In this document: piece after piece, positions 49,654 through 60,668 of the stretch
Layout: the number at the start of each line of letters is the position of its first letter
Position numbering within the stretch: position 1 is the first letter of the stretch
NCBI GenBank assembly: GCA_030390025.1
Contig: JASTWF010000093.1
Span: 372,001 to 436,000, forward strand
Reading direction: 5' to 3'
DNA length: 64,000 nucleotides
Source: Squalus acanthias
Taxonomy: Eukaryota
The notes under the pieces: generated by a model
Database searches by the model: none
What the model was told of the DNA's origin: nothing
The model's input: only the letters and a program-made list of their open reading frames with translations
Program-made: the position numbers and the translations under genes

Positions 49654-51812
49654 ATGGCGAGTACATCTTCGTCGGTGGCGGGGGCAGCGAGGACCTATGC
49701 GAGCGTGGCAGCCGCGGCCACGGCCGCAGCCACGAGTCCTCCTGTTACCCCGTCACCTTTTACCCTCCTTACGAGGAAGAATGGGGTCAAGAGCTACACT
49801 CACCCCAACATGACAATAGAGGCGTGCGTAAAAGCCATGGCTGGGGTTGTCGGCCCTTCAGCCATCGTCGCCGCCTCTAAAATGTACGGCAAGGCTGTGT
49901 TCTTCCTGGGGTCGGAGCGGGCGGTGTCCCTGGCCATCGAGAAGGGGCTCACCGTGGGCGGGACCTTCCTGCCGGTGGACCCCCTTGAGGCCACCGCGCA
50001 AAGGATTGTGGTTTCCAACGTCCCGCCCTTTGTTCCGGGTGAGCTCCTCCTCCCCCACCTACGTCAACTGGGGGAGGTGAGGTCGGGGATCACACCCATC
50101 CCGCTCGGCTTCCGGGAAGCCAGCCTTCGGCACGTCTTCTCCTTCCGGCGCCAGCTTTTCGTCCGGCTGGCGCGGGAGGAGGACGCGGATGGCGCGTTCA
50201 CGGTGCTCCACGGGGGGACCGCCCACCGCGTCTTCTGGACCTCGGACGGCGTGCGGTGCTACGCCTGTAAGGAGGTGGGGCACGTCCGCAAAAACTGCCC
50301 CGCCTCCAAGGCCGCCACGACACCTGGCGCGGCCAGGGTTGGCGCCGCCGCCCCCCCTCCCCCTGATACTGTCCGCGCGTCGACGGCGACGGATGCGCGG
50401 TCGAAATCGGAGGCCAACACCACCACGGCCTCCGGCGGGGAGGAGGGAGAGCGTCCGGGGGGAAGGAAGGCGCGTAGGAAAAATAAACACCTAAGGGCGG
50501 ATCCCCTCGCGGAGGAAACATCAGAGTTGACCGAACTCACGCCCGAGTACATCGCGGAGTTGGTCGGGACGCATGAGACTGGGGGGGTCCTCGTGCCCGG
50601 GCCCGTGACCGTGACCGCAACTGCTGAGGCAGCTAAATCAAGACCTGCGGCCGGGCTCGGGCCCGAGGGGCCCAAGAAACCCAGTCGTCGGAAGGGGGCA
50701 GAGAGGGAGGCCCCAGCAGACATGGAGGCCTCCCCCTCTCCGGGCCCCAACTTGTTAAAAAGAAAGCTCCGCCCCCAGCAGGAGGACTGCGAGGAGGAAG
50801 GTCCCTCCGCAAAAGGGGGGCAGTCGCCCGCCGCGGGTGCTGCGCCCCACCCCACCACCGTCATCGTCGCGCGCGATCGGCAGGGGTCGTCTGTCCCTCG
50901 GGAGGGTGAGACAGCCGAGTCTGTCCGACCTGTGCCTCCCGGGGATGGGGAAGAGACCCTGCCCGTGGGGGGGGGCGCGGAACAACCCGCGGAGGGAAAT
51001 GTAGTTCCGGAACCGTTGCTCCTCGCCGGGTCGGGCGTCCTGGGGACTGGGGCGGGCGAGGCCAAAGAGGCTGAAGCCGAGCCCGCCTTTTATAACCCAG
51101 ACATCTCCCAGGGACTGCTCGACCTGGTGGAGGAGTGTAGCAGTCCCCGGCCCGCTGGGTCGGAGGTTGGTGGCGGGGAGACGGAAAGCCCCCTGACTCC
51201 GTCTCTGTTGTTGGCGCCGGACGTGCTGGAGGAATTTGGGATTATTTTCTCCCCGGTTTCTCCGGTCGCCCCGGCGCCTGAGGCGGGGGGGGGGGCCCCG
51301 AACCGCCGCCGCCGCCTCCCGGCCCGGCGCCCCTGAAGGAGCCCAGGGTGGACTCCTCTGCCACCGATCCTGGGGGTGGGATCGTGACGGAGGCGGGGCC
51401 GGCCGGTGCGGCCGAGCCGTTCGCTGCACCCTGTGCGACGGACGGGTCGGCCGCCGGTGACGACCTCCCGGAGGAGGACGGGGACTCGGTGGTGGGCATC
51501 GAGGACGATTTGGAGTCCATCGGCAGCGAGGTGATGGACGCCCTCGTGCCCTTCACCGACTCTCCCCTCATCCCCGTAGGGGAACTCCGGGATTTTATGG
51601 CCATGAGCCAGGGTCGTCACAAGAAGATCCGGCTGGCCCTCGACAAGTGGTCGGAGCTGGCGCTGCTCGTCGTGTCCGTCCGCGCCGCCGTTAAAATCAT
51701 GGGCGCGGACAAGGACGTTGGCCGGCTCGAGCTGCGTCGGCTCAAGAGTTTCCACACTGGGCTGCTGAGGGAGTGGCGGTCGTCAGTGACCGCGCTCCCT
51801 CCCCTCCGTTAG
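49654..51812 (+). CDS. Tx1 ORF1 (RRM-like plus CCHC), frameshift in a G run at about 51290
   Basis: SAIVAASKMYGKAVFFL..SNVPPF..CYACKEVGHVRKNC; matches intact copy R. Confidence 0.9.
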
Positions 51813-51837
51813 GTAGAGGTTGCACTATGCTTCTGAG

Positions 51838-54800
51838 ATGAAGATAACCATAGCCAGCCTCAACATCAACGGCAGCAGGGAGGCGCGCCGTAGATTCAAT
51901 AACTTCTCGGTCCTTCGGGACGGGAAATATGCGGTGTGCTTCCTGCAAGAAACCCACACCGTTCCGGGAGACGAGGCCACGTGGCTCCTGGAGTGGCAAG
52001 GAGGGGTCAGCATGAGTCACCTCTCCAACAATTCCTGCGGGGTGGCTGTCTTGCTGGCCCCGCATTTTCAGCCGGAGATCTTGAGGGTCAAGGAGCACGT
52101 GCCGGGCCGCTTGCTCCAGGTCACTGTTCGCCTGGGAGGCGTGCCGCTCCATTTAGTGAACGTGTACGCCCCCCGGACCGGTGCGCAGCAAGTGCGCTTC
52201 TTCGGAGAAGTGTCCGCTCTTCTGGGCTCCATCGACGTGGGCGAGTGCGTCATCCTCGGGGGGGATTTCAATTGTACCCTCGAGGCGCGGGACCGGTCGG
52301 GTCCCCCGCGAAGCCCGGCGGCGATGGAGAAGTTGCGGGACCTGGTCGGGTCCTTCGACTTGGTGGACGTCTGGCGAAATCTCCATCCCGACTCCAGCGC
52401 CTTCACGAGCGTGAGGTCTGGAGGAGGAAGGTCCAGAATCGACCGCCTTTACATTTCCCGGGCGTACGTCTCCTGCGTTCCGGCGGCTTCCATGCGGCCG
52501 GTGCCGTGCACGGACCACCACCTGGTGTGGGCGGAGCTCGCTCCGCTGCGCGCGCGGGGGGGGTCCGCGTACTGGCATTTTAACAACCTGCTGCTGGAGG
52601 ACGCGCGGTTCCGGGATTCGTTTCGCCGGTTCTGGGCCGACTGGAGAAGGAAGCGGGGAGGCTTCCCCTCCTTGAGGCTATGGTGGGACGTGGGCAAGGC
52701 TCACGTCCGCGTCTTCTGTCAGGAGTACGCGAAGGGGTCGACCAAGAGGCGGGAGGCCCGGGTCGGGCGATTGGAGAAAGAAGTGCTCGACCTGGAGTCC
52801 CGTCTCGGTCAGGTCGTCGAGGACCCGGCCCTGCGGAAGGTGTACGAAGAGAAGAAGGGCGCGCTGAAGGACCTGCAGCTGGTCGGGTCCCGAGGCGCGT
52901 ACGTGAGGTCGCGGATCCAGTTCCTGCGGGACCTGGACCGCGGCTCCCCCTTCTTCTACTCGCTGGAAAAAAGACGGGGGGGTCCGTAAGCAGCTCTTGG
53001 GGCTGCTGGCCGACGACGGATCTCTGGTCTCGGATCCGGAGGGCATCAGCGCGGAGGCCCGGGCCTATTACGGGGCTCTGTTCTCTTCGGATCCGTCCAG
53101 CGAGGATGCGCGCAGAGTTTTGTGGGAGGACCTGCCGAAGGTCGGCCCGGAGGGCGCCGAGAATTTAGAAGCTCCGCTAAGCCTGGCGGAGCTGACCGGC
53201 GCCCTGCGCCAGCTCTCGAGGGGCAAGTCCCCGGGGCTGGACGGGCTGACCGTGGAGTTCCACAGGGCGTTCTGGGACGTCTTGGGGGACGACTACGCGC
53301 GGGTCCTGGGGGAAAGTCTGGCGACCGGGGAGATGCCCCTCTCTTGGCGCAGGGCGGTCATCGTCCTGCTGCCCAAGAAGGGCGATCTCCGCCTACTTAA
53401 GAACTGGCGCCCGGTCTCCCTCCTCAGCACGGACTACAAAATTTTCGCCAGGGCTATGTCTGCTCGCCTTGGCACCGTGCTGGCCCGCATGATCCACCCC
53501 GACCAGTCCTACACGGTCCCGGGCCGGAGCATCCACGATAACATCCATCTGGTCCGGGACCTGGTCCACCATTCCCAGAGGGCTGGTCTGTCGGTCGCCT
53601 TCCTTTCCCTGGATCAGGAGAAGGCGTTCGACAGGGTGGATCACGAGTATCTTTTCGGGACTCTGCGCGCATTCGGGTTCGGGACGCATTTCGTCGCCCG
53701 GATCCGACTTCTGTACGCCGCCGCGGAGTGTCTCATTAAAGTTAACGGGTCTTTGACGGCGCCCCTTCGCTTCGGGAGGGGGGTGCGTCAGGGATGCCCC
53801 ATGTCCGGTCAGTTATACGCCGTTTGCGTGGAGCCTTTCCTGCGCCTCTTGCGGAAGAGGTTGACGGGACTGGCTCTGCAAGGGCCGGGCGTGGAGGTGG
53901 TCCTCTCGGCTTACGCCGATGACGTGCTCCTCGCGGTCACGGATCCCGTCGACTTGCGGAGGATGCGAGAATGCCAGCAGATTTACTCGGACGCATCCTC
54001 CGCCAAGATCAACTGGGAGAAATGTTCTGGACTCCTGGTGGGCCCATGGCGGGTGGACTCCCTGCCGGAGGAGTTCGGGCCTTTCGCCTGGAGCACCACG
54101 CACCTCCTCTACCTGGGAGTCTACCTCAGCCCGGCCGAGGACGCCTGGCCGGCGAACTGGCAAGAGCTGGAGGCCAAAGTCACCGCTCGCCTAGGGCGCT
54201 GGACAGGACTGCTCCGAGTGTTGTCCTACAGGGGTCGAGCGCTGGTCATAAACCAGCTGGTGGCCGCCATGTTGTGGTACCGGTTGGTCACTTTGATCCC
54301 TCCCCCTGCGTTTGTCGCCAAGATGCAGAAGAAGCTCGTCGACTTCTTCTGGGACAAAAGGAAGCACTGGGTCTCTGCCGCGGTTTTGAGTCTCCCGCTT
54401 AGGGAGGGCGGTCAGGCGCTGGTGTGCCTTCGCACCCAGGCGGCGACTTTCCGTCTTCAGACGCTGCAGAGATACCTGTACGTGGAGAATCCTCCTAGGT
54501 GGCGTGCGCTGGCGACGTATTTCTTCCGCCAGCTGCACGGCCTCAATTACGACACGCAGCTCCTGTTTGTGAGAGTGGGTGGCACGCGTGCCAGCCTGCG
54601 GGAGCTGCCTGTCTTCTACCAGGAACTGCTATGGGTTTGGAACAGCGTCGCCTCCGAGCGCAGTTCTCCCCCGTCAGGAGCGGCGGCCGTCCTTCGGGAG
54701 CCGCTGTTCAGGAATCCGCACCTCCACGACCGCGGGTTCGGCTGGCTGGCGGAGGGCAGGGCTGTGCCCGGTAAGGTGACCAGAGTCGGGGACCTGCTCG

Positions 54801-55738
54801 ATGGCGGAGGAGCGGGCTGGATGGCGCCGGAGGAGTTGGCGAGGCGCATGTCCTGGGTCAACGTCCGGCTCGCGGTCAAAGCCATCGAGTCGCTAAAAGT
54901 GGCACTGGGCCCCGTCTCCACTAGGTGTGTCGAGGAGGCTCAGGCACGTGGGGCGATCCCGTCCGAACTGACCCCCGTTCGGACGGAATTCCTTATCGGC
55001 GCCCGGCCCCGAATCCTCCCTCGGGAGCCGCCGCCTCACCACTTGAGCCTTCTCGGAGAAATGCCCTCCGTGCCCTTTCAATCCGCACGGAGGCGTTTCC
55101 TGTACGGGCTGCTCCTGCACACTCTCCACTTTGCCATCTTCGTCTGCCGTCCGGACACGCCTTGGCGTACCATCCTGCCGTCCGGCGGAGGCGAAGGTCC
55201 CCATTGGAAGGCTCTCTACGCGGGAGTCTTCCCTTGTTCTATTGGGGACTTGGCCTGGAGGGTGTTGCACGGAGCAGTCCCGTGCAATAGGATTTTAAGT
55301 AGGTTTACGGACTCCCAGGCTGCTTGCCATTTCTGCGGCCTGGAGGAGTCCGTCTATCACATTTATGTTGAATGTGAGAGGTTGCAGCCCCTCTTTCATT
55401 ATTTGAAGGGGCTGCTCCTCAATTTCTGGTTGCACTTCAGCCCCACGCTCCTGATCTACGGTCACCCGGTGCGGAGGGGAGCGGGTAGGTCGGAGGACCT
55501 CCTCGTAGGACTGCTCCTGGGCCTGGCCAAGAAAGCCATTAATTGGTCCAGGCAGCGGGCGGTCGAGGGGGTCGTTCGGCCCGATTGCCTGCCTCTCTTC
55601 CGCGGCCATGTTCGCGCCCGGGTGGCCCTGGAGATGGAGCACGCGGTGTCCGCCGGCACGCTTGAGTTTTTCCGCGACCGGTGGGCGCCGCGGGGGCTGG
55701 AGTGCATCGTCACCCCGGACTTCCAAATTTTGATTTGA
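51838..55738 (+). CDS. Tx1 ORF2 (APE-RT-zinc finger), frameshift in a G run at about 52980
   Basis: SLNING..FLQETH..GGDFN..TDH; QGCPMSG; YADD; CHFC..HIYVEC. Confidence 0.93.
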
Positions 55739-56077
55739 TTTATTAAGTTTCATTTAAAGTTTTAATTGATTTACAGTAAATTTGGGTTCTGTTCAACCAA
55801 AAAGAGGAACACCAGGTTATAGTCCAACAGCTTTATTTGAAATCACAAGCTTTCGGAGCAATGCTCCTTGGTCAGGTGAAGTGAAGAGATGCATATAGGC
55901 ACAGCATATATAGTCAGAGAACACTGCCAGATGATTACAGTTAATCTTTCTAACTGCCCTTTATCACACCTCAGCAGAGAGATAATCCCGGCAATCAAAG
56001 GTGTGGATGGTGTCCAAACAGGTCAGTCAGGAAAACATTACATCAAAGACAATGAGGTGGGGTCACAAGGGGTCAAA

Positions 56078-56480
56078 TGTGGCAGATGCAGGAGGAACGC
56101 GATGGACACCTACAGACGCTGAAAGACGCCCTCGTAAGAACGGGATATGACGCTCGACTCGTCGATCCACAGTTCCGACGGGCCACAGCGAAAAATCGCA
56201 TAGACCTCCTCAGAAGACAAACACGGGACACAACCAACAGAGTACCCTACGTCGTCCAGTACTTCCCCGGAGCGGAGAAACTACGCCATGTTCTTCGCAG
56301 CCTTCAACATGTCATCGATGACGACGAACACCTCGCTAAGGCCATCCCCACACCTCCACTTCTCGCCTTCAAACAGCCGCCTAACCTCAAACAGACCATC
56401 GTTCGCAGCAAATGACCCAGCTTTCAGGAGAACAGCGACCACGACACCACACAACCCTGCCACGGCAACCTCTGCAAGAC
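56078..56480 (+). pseudogene. Penelope RT C-terminal/linker remnant; GIY-YIG region deleted
   Basis: RDGHLQTLKDALVRTGY..RVPYVVQYFPG..PLLAFKQPPNLKQTIVRSK*..PCHGNLCKT. Confidence 0.85.
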
Positions 56481-56603
56481 ACCTTTGATTGCTGGGATTA
56501 TCTCTCTGCCGAGGTGTGATAAAGGGCAGTTAGAAAGATTAACTGTAATCATCTGGCAGTGTTCTCTGACTATATATGCTGTGCCTATATGCATCTCTTC
56601 ACT

Positions 56604-56640
56604 TCACCTGATGAAGGAGCAGCGCTCCGAAAGCTTGTGA
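56604..56640 (+). ncRNA. Minimal type I hammerhead ribozyme motif in the Penelope terminal repeat
   Basis: UCAC-CUGAUGA-A-GGAGC(AGC)GCUCC-GAAA-GCUU-GUGA: both core boxes, stem II, palindromic mini stem III, stem I UCAC/GUGA. Confidence 0.8.
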
Positions 56641-56743
56641 TTTCAAATAAAGCTGTTGGACTATAACCTGGTGTTGATCTTTTTGGTTGGACAAACACAA
56701 ATTTACTGTAAATCAATTAAAACTTTAAATGAAACTTAACAAA

Positions 56744-59700
56744 TCAAATCAAAATTTGGAAGTCCGGGGTGACGATGCACTCCAGTCCCCGCGGCGCCCA
56801 CCGGTCGCGGAAAAACTCAAGCGTGCCGGCGGACAACGCGTGCTCCATCTCCAGGGCCACCCGGGCGCGAACATGGCCGCGGAAGAGAGGCAGGCAATCG
56901 GGCCGAACGACCCCCTCAACCGCCCGCTGCCTGGACCAATTAATGGCTTTCTTGGCCAGGCCCAGGAGCAGTCCTACGAGGAGGTCCTCCGACCTACCCG
57001 CTCCCCTCCGCACCGGGTGACCGTAGATCAGGAGCGTGGGGCTGAAGTGCAACCAGAAATTGAGGAGCAGCCCCTTCAAATAATGAAAGAGGGGCTGCAA
57101 ACTCTCACACTCAATATAAATGTGATAGACGGACTCCTCCAGGCCACAGAAATGACAAGCAGCCTGGGAGTCCGTAAACCTACTTAAAATCCTATTGCAC
57201 GGGACTGCTCCGTGCAACACCCTCCAGGCCAAGTCCCCAATAGAACAAGGGAAGACTCCCGCGTAGAGAGCCTTCCAATGGGGACCTTCGCCTCCGCCGG
57301 ACGGCAGGATGGTACGCCAAGGCGTGTCCGGACGGCAGACGAAGATGGCAAAGTGGAGAGTGTGCAGGAGCAGCCCGTACAGGAAACGCCTCCGTGCGGA
57401 TTGAAAGGGCACGGAGGGCATTTCTCCGAGAAGGCTCAAGTGGTGAGGCGGCGGCTCCCGTGGGAGGATTCGGGGCCGGGCGCCGATAAGGAATTCCGTC
57501 CGAACGGGGGTCAGTTCGGACGGGATCGCCCCACGTGCTTGAGCCTCCTCGACACACCTAGTGGAGACGGGGCCCAGTGCCACTTTTAGCGACTCGATGG
57601 CTTTGACCGCGAGCCGGACGTTGACCCAGGACATGCGCCTCGCCAACTCCTCCGGCGCCATCCAGCCCGCTCCTCCGCCATCGAGCAGGTCCCCGACTCT
57701 GGTCACCTTACCGGGCACAGCCCTGCCCTCCGCCAGCCAGCCGAACCCGCGGTCGTGGAGGTGCGGATTCCTGAACAGCGGCTCCCGAAGGACGGCCGCC
57801 GCTCCTGACGGGGGAGAACTGCGCTCGGAGGCGACGCTGTTCCAAACCCATAGCAGTTCCTGGTAGAAGACAGGCAGCTCCCGCAGGCTGGCACGCGTGC
57901 CACCCACTCTCACAAACAGGAGCTGCGTGTCGTAATTGAGGCCGTGCAGCTGGCGGAAGAAATACGTCGCCAGCGCACGCCACCTAGGAGGATTCTCCAC
58001 GTACAGGTATCTCTGCAGCGTCTGAAGACGGAAAGTCGCCGCCTGGGTGCGAAGGCACACCAGCGCCTGACCGCCCTCCCTAAGCGGGAGACTCAAAACC
58101 GCGGCAGAGACCCAGTGCTTCCTTTTGTCCCAGAAGAAGTCGACGAGCTTCTTCTGCATCTTGGCGACAAACGCAGGGGGAGGGATCAAAGTGATCAACC
58201 GGTACCACAACATGGCGGCCACCAGCTGGTTTATGATCAGCGCTCGACCCCTGTAGGACAACACTCGGAGCAGTCCTGTCCAGCGCCCTAGGCGAGCGGT
58301 GACTTTGGCCTCCAGCTCTTGCCAGTTCGCCGGCCAGGCGTCCTCGGCCGGGCTGAGGTAGACTCCCAGGTAGAGGAGGTGCGTGGTGCTCCAGGCGAAA
58401 GGCCCGAACTCCTCCGGCAGGGAGTCCACCTGCCATGGGCCCACCAGGAGTCCAGAACATTTCTCCCAGTTGATCTTGGCGGAGGATGCGTCCGAGTAAA
58501 TCTGCTGGCATTCTCGCATCCTCCGCAAGTCGACGGGATCCGTGACCGCGAGGAGCACGTCATCGGCGTAAGCCGAGAGGACCACCTCCACGCCCGGCCC
58601 TTGCAGAGCCAGTCCCGTCAACCTCTTCCGCAAGAGGCGCAGGAAAGGCTCCACGCAAACGGCGTATAACTGACCGGACATGGGGCATCCCTGACGCACC
58701 CCCCTCCCGAAGCGAAGGGGCGCCGTCAAAGACCCGTTAACTTTAATGAGACACTCCGCGGCGGCGTACAGAAGTCGGATCCGGGCGACGAAATGCGTCC
58801 CGAACCCGAATGCGCGCAGAGTCCCGAAAAGATACTCGTGATCCACCCTGTCGAACGCCTTCTCCTGATCCAGGGAAAGGAAGGCGACCGACAGACCAGC
58901 CCTCTGGGAATGGTGGACCAGGTCCCGGACCAGATGGATGTTATCGTGGATACTCCGGCCCGGGACCGTGTAGGACTGGTCGGGGTGGATCATGCGGGCC
59001 AGCACGGTGCCAAGGCGAGCAGACATAGCCCTGGCGAAAATTTTGTAGTCCGTGCTGAGGAGGGAGACCGGGCGCCAGTTCTTAAGTAGGCGGAGATCGC
59101 CCTTCTTGGGCAGCAGGACGATGACCGCCCTGCGCCAAGAGAGGGGCATCTCCCCGGTCGCCAGACTTTCCCCCAGGACCCGCGCGTAGTCGTCCCCCAA
59201 GACGTCCCAGAACGCCCTGTGGAACTCCACGGTCAGCCCGTCCAGCCCCGGGGACTTGCCCCTCGAGAGCTGGCGCAGGGCGCCGGTCAGCTCCGCCAGG
59301 CTTAGCGGAGCTTCTAAATTCTCGGCGCCCTCCGGGCCGACCTTCGGCAGGTCCTCCCACAAAACTCTGCGCGCATCCTCGCTGGACGGATCCGAAGAGA
59401 ACAGAGCCCCGTAATAGGCCCGGGCCTCCGCGCTGATGCCCTCCGGATCCGAGACCAGAGATCCGTCGTCGGCCAGCAGCCCCAAGAGCTGCTTACGGAC
59501 CCCCCGTCTTTTTTCCAGCGAGTAGAAGAAGGGGGAGCCGCGGTCCAGGTCCCGCAGGAACTGGATCCGCGACCTCACGTACGCGCCTCGGGACCCGACC
59601 AGCTGCAGGTCCTTCAGCGCGCCCTTCTTCTCTTCGTACACCTTCCGCAGGGCCGGGTCCTCGACGACTTGACCGAGACGGGACTCCAGGTCGAGCACTT

Positions 59701-60643
59701 CTTTCTCCAATCGCCCGACCCGGGCCTCCCGCCTCTTGGTCGACCCCTTCGCGTACTCCTGACAGAAGACGCGGACGTGAGCCTTGCCCACGTCCCACCA
59801 TAGCCTCAAGGAGGGGAAGCCTCCCCGCTTCCTTCTCCAGTCGGCCCAGAACCGGCGAAACGAATCCCGGAACCGCGCGTCCTCCAGCAGCAGGTTGTTA
59901 AAATGCCAGTACGCGGACCCCCCCCGCGCGCGCAGCGGAGCGAGCTCCGCCCACACCAGGTGGTGGTCCGTGCACGGCACCGGCCGCATGGAAGCCGCCG
60001 GAACGCAGGAGACGTACGCCCGGGAAATGTAAAGGCGGTCGATTCTGGACCTTCCTCCTCCAGACCTCACGCTCGTGAAGGCGCTGGAGTCGGGATGGAG
60101 ATTTCGCCAGACGTCCACCAAGTCGAAGGACCCGACCAGGTCCCGCAACTTCTCCATCGCCGCCGGGCTTCGCGGGGGACCCGACCGGTCCCGCGCCTCG
60201 AGGGTACAATTGAAATCCCCCCCGAGGATGACGCACTCGCCCACGTCGATGGAGCCCAGAAGAGCGGACACTTCTCCGAAGAAGCGCACTTGCTGCGCAC
60301 CGGTCCGGGGGGCGTACACGTTCACTAAATGGAGCGGCACGCCTCCCAGGCGAACAGTGACCTGGAGCAAGCGGCCCGGCACGTGCTCCTTGACCCTCAA
60401 GATCTCCGGCTGAAAATGCGGGGCCAGCAAGACAGCCACCCCGCAGGAATTGTTGGAGAGGTGACTCATGCTGACCCCTCCTTGCCACTCCAGGAGCCAC
60501 GTGGCCTCGTCTCCCGGAACGGTGTGGGTTTCTTGCAGGAAGCACACCGCATATTTCCCGTCCCGAAGGACCGAGAAGTTATTGAATCTACGGCGCGCCT
60601 CCCTGCTGCCGTTGATGTTGAGGCTGGCTATGGTTATCTTCAT
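56744..60643 (-). CDS. Tx1 ORF2, 1299 aa from MKITIASLN
   Basis: Uninterrupted APE, RT (YADD) and CCHC finger. Confidence 0.96.
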   Translation of the reverse strand: MKITIASLNINGSREARRRFNNFSVLRDGKYAVCFLQETHTVPGDEATWLLEWQGGVSMSHLSNNSCGVAVLLAPHFQPEILRVKEHVPGRLLQVTVRLGGVPLHLVNVYAPRTGAQQVRFFGEVSALLGSIDVGECVILGGDFNCTLEARDRSGPPRSPAAMEKLRDLVGSFDLVDVWRNLHPDSSAFTSVRSGGGRSRIDRLYISRAYVSCVPAASMRPVPCTDHHLVWAELAPLRARGGSAYWHFNNLLLEDARFRDSFRRFWADWRRKRGGFPSLRLWWDVGKAHVRVFCQEYAKGSTKRREARVGRLEKEVLDLESRLGQVVEDPALRKVYEEKKGALKDLQLVGSRGAYVRSRIQFLRDLDRGSPFFYSLEKRRGVRKQLLGLLADDGSLVSDPEGISAEARAYYGALFSSDPSSEDARRVLWEDLPKVGPEGAENLEAPLSLAELTGALRQLSRGKSPGLDGLTVEFHRAFWDVLGDDYARVLGESLATGEMPLSWRRAVIVLLPKKGDLRLLKNWRPVSLLSTDYKIFARAMSARLGTVLARMIHPDQSYTVPGRSIHDNIHLVRDLVHHSQRAGLSVAFLSLDQEKAFDRVDHEYLFGTLRAFGFGTHFVARIRLLYAAAECLIKVNGSLTAPLRFGRGVRQGCPMSGQLYAVCVEPFLRLLRKRLTGLALQGPGVEVVLSAYADDVLLAVTDPVDLRRMRECQQIYSDASSAKINWEKCSGLLVGPWQVDSLPEEFGPFAWSTTHLLYLGVYLSPAEDAWPANWQELEAKVTARLGRWTGLLRVLSYRGRALIINQLVAAMLWYRLITLIPPPAFVAKMQKKLVDFFWDKRKHWVSAAVLSLPLREGGQALVCLRTQAATFRLQTLQRYLYVENPPRWRALATYFFRQLHGLNYDTQLLFVRVGGTRASLRELPVFYQELLWVWNSVASERSSPPSGAAAVLREPLFRNPHLHDRGFGWLAEGRAVPGKVTRVGDLLDGGGAGWMAPEELARRMSWVNVRLAVKAIESLKVALGPVSTRCVEEAQARGAIPSELTPVRTEFLIGARPRILPREPPPHHLSLLGEMPSVPFQSARRRFLYGLLLHTLHFAIFVCRPDTPWRTILPSGGGEGPHWKALYAGVFPCSIGDLAWRVLHGAVPCNRILSRFTDSQAACHFCGLEESVYHIYIECESLQPLFHYLKGLLLNFWLHFSPTLLIYGHPVRRGAGRSEDLLVGLLLGLAKKAINWSRQRAVEGVVRPDCLPLFRGHVRARVALEMEHALSAGTLEFFRDRWAPRGLECIVTPDFQILI

Positions 60644-60668
60644 CTCAGAAGCATAGTGCAACCTCTAC

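Larger units (their letters stand above)
48691..55807 (+). mobile_element. Full-length Tx1-clade non-LTR retrotransposon, copy L
   Basis: About 960-bp 5' UTR, ORF1, ORF2, short 3' UTR ending ccaaaaaga; 52-bp duplication 48639-48690 / 55808-55859. Confidence 0.95.
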
